Positions 62,550 to 64,000 of a DNA stretch of 64,000 nt are shown here, one piece after another (position 1 is the first letter of the stretch; every line of letters starts with the position of its first letter). This stretch comes from Escherichia coli. Lineage in GTDB: Bacteria; Pseudomonadota; Gammaproteobacteria; Enterobacterales; Enterobacteriaceae. The position numbers were made by a program, and so were the translations under genes. Location: assembly GCF_024298765.1 (NCBI RefSeq), contig NZ_CP101210.1, one strand, 5' to 3'. The notes under the pieces are model-generated. The model was given only the letters and a program-made list of their open reading frames with translations, ran no database searches and was not told the origin of the DNA.

Positions 62550-63911
62550 ATGTTTGATAATTTAACCGATCGTTTGTCGCGCACGCTGCGCAATATCAGT
62601 GGCCGTGGACGCCTCACTGAAGACAACGTAAAAGATACGCTGCGCGAAGTGCGCATGGCGCTGCTGGAGGCGGACGTCGCTCTGCCGGTAGTGCGTGAGT
62701 TTATCAATCGCGTAAAAGAGAAAGCGGTTGGTCATGAAGTTAATAAGAGCCTGACGCCGGGGCAGGAGTTCGTCAAAATCGTCCGTAACGAACTGGTTGC
62801 GGCGATGGGCGAAGAGAACCAGACCCTGAACCTGGCTGCGCAACCGCCTGCGGTCGTGCTGATGGCGGGCCTGCAAGGTGCCGGTAAAACAACCAGCGTT
62901 GGTAAACTCGGTAAGTTCCTGCGCGAGAAGCACAAGAAGAAAGTGCTGGTGGTTTCTGCCGACGTTTATCGCCCGGCGGCAATCAAACAGCTTGAGACGT
63001 TGGCAGAGCAGGTGGGCGTTGATTTCTTCCCTTCTGATGTTGGTCAGAAGCCGGTAGATATCGTTAACGCGGCGCTGAAAGAAGCCAAACTGAAATTCTA
63101 CGACGTGCTGCTGGTGGATACCGCTGGTCGTCTGCACGTTGACGAAGCGATGATGGACGAGATCAAACAAGTCCATGCGTCGATTAACCCGGTTGAAACC
63201 CTATTTGTGGTTGACGCCATGACCGGTCAGGATGCGGCCAATACGGCAAAAGCATTCAATGAAGCGTTACCGCTTACCGGCGTAGTGTTGACCAAAGTGG
63301 ACGGCGATGCCCGCGGCGGTGCGGCGCTCTCTATTCGTCACATCACTGGCAAACCGATCAAGTTCCTCGGTGTTGGCGAGAAAACTGAGGCGCTGGAGCC
63401 GTTCCATCCGGACCGCATCGCGTCGCGTATTCTCGGCATGGGCGACGTACTGTCACTGATCGAAGATATCGAAAGCAAAGTTGACCGCGCGCAGGCAGAG
63501 AAATTAGCCAGCAAGTTAAAAAAAGGCGACGGCTTCGATCTCAACGACTTCCTTGAGCAACTGCGCCAGATGAAAAATATGGGCGGCATGGCCAGCTTGA
63601 TGGGCAAACTGCCGGGCATGGGGCAGATCCCGGATAACGTCAAGTCGCAGATGGACGATAAAGTGCTGGTGCGTATGGAAGCCATCATCAACTCGATGAC
63701 GATGAAAGAGCGCGCTAAGCCAGAAATCATCAAAGGTTCGCGTAAACGCCGTATCGCTGCCGGTTGCGGTATGCAGGTGCAGGACGTTAACCGTCTTCTG
63801 AAACAGTTCGACGACATGCAGCGCATGATGAAGAAAATGAAGAAGGGCGGGATGGCGAAGATGATGAGAAGCATGAAGGGTATGATGCCGCCGGGATTTC
63901 CTGGTCGCTAA
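62550..63911 (+). CDS. ffh: Signal recognition particle protein Ffh
   Basis: 453-aa ORF with GTPase motifs (GLQGAGKTT, DTAGR, TKVDGD) and Met-rich C-terminal M domain. Confidence 0.95.
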   Translation: MFDNLTDRLSRTLRNISGRGRLTEDNVKDTLREVRMALLEADVALPVVREFINRVKEKAVGHEVNKSLTPGQEFVKIVRNELVAAMGEENQTLNLAAQPPAVVLMAGLQGAGKTTSVGKLGKFLREKHKKKVLVVSADVYRPAAIKQLETLAEQVGVDFFPSDVGQKPVDIVNAALKEAKLKFYDVLLVDTAGRLHVDEAMMDEIKQVHASINPVETLFVVDAMTGQDAANTAKAFNEALPLTGVVLTKVDGDARGGAALSIRHITGKPIKFLGVGEKTEALEPFHPDRIASRILGMGDVLSLIEDIESKVDRAQAEKLASKLKKGDGFDLNDFLEQLRQMKNMGGMASLMGKLPGMGQIPDNVKSQMDDKVLVRMEAIINSMTMKERAKPEIIKGSRKRRIAAGCGMQVQDVNRLLKQFDDMQRMMKKMKKGGMAKMMRSMKGMMPPGFPGR

Positions 63912-64000
63912 TCGGCCTGGCTTGTTTGCCATTTTGGCACCGGGGTGTGCTCGTCATCCTCACGTATTGCGTGTACGCTCCGGTGACTGCGCGCACTCCG

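Overview
This window reads as Escherichia coli chromosome, in reverse orientation relative to the K-12 map, with a ~40-kb complete-looking prophage integrated at the 3' end of ssrA (tmRNA). Left flank (1-14.4 kb): nrdE (5' part only), nrdI, nrdH, ygaM, ygaC, alaE, stpA, ygaP, ygaV, yqaE, kbp, csiR, gabP, gabT, gabD, lhgO, glaH/csiD. Prophage (~14.6-54.4 kb): cargo operon, int/xis, early-left genes, CI/Cro switch, replication module with iterons, Dam-like methylase, RusA, Q antiterminator, lysis cassette, HNH/terminase, HK97-type head genes, Mu-type contractile tail and baseplate, Pin/Gin-type invertible tail-fibre segment, then a cargo island (GIY-YIG protein plus EcoRII-like restriction-modification pair) next to ssrA. 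Right flank: ssrA, smpB, ratA, ratB, bamE, recN, nadK, grpE, yfjD, ypjD, ffh. The best candidates for something undescribed are three AT-rich cargo loci at the prophage ends: a two-gene overlapping operon beside attL/int (15051-16239), a 4-TM membrane protein upstream of xis (17634-18524), and a GIY-YIG-domain protein beside the RM system (50299-51072). All assignments come from reading the translations and sequence by eye; no database search or computation was run, and every 'AT-rich' statement is a visual impression.
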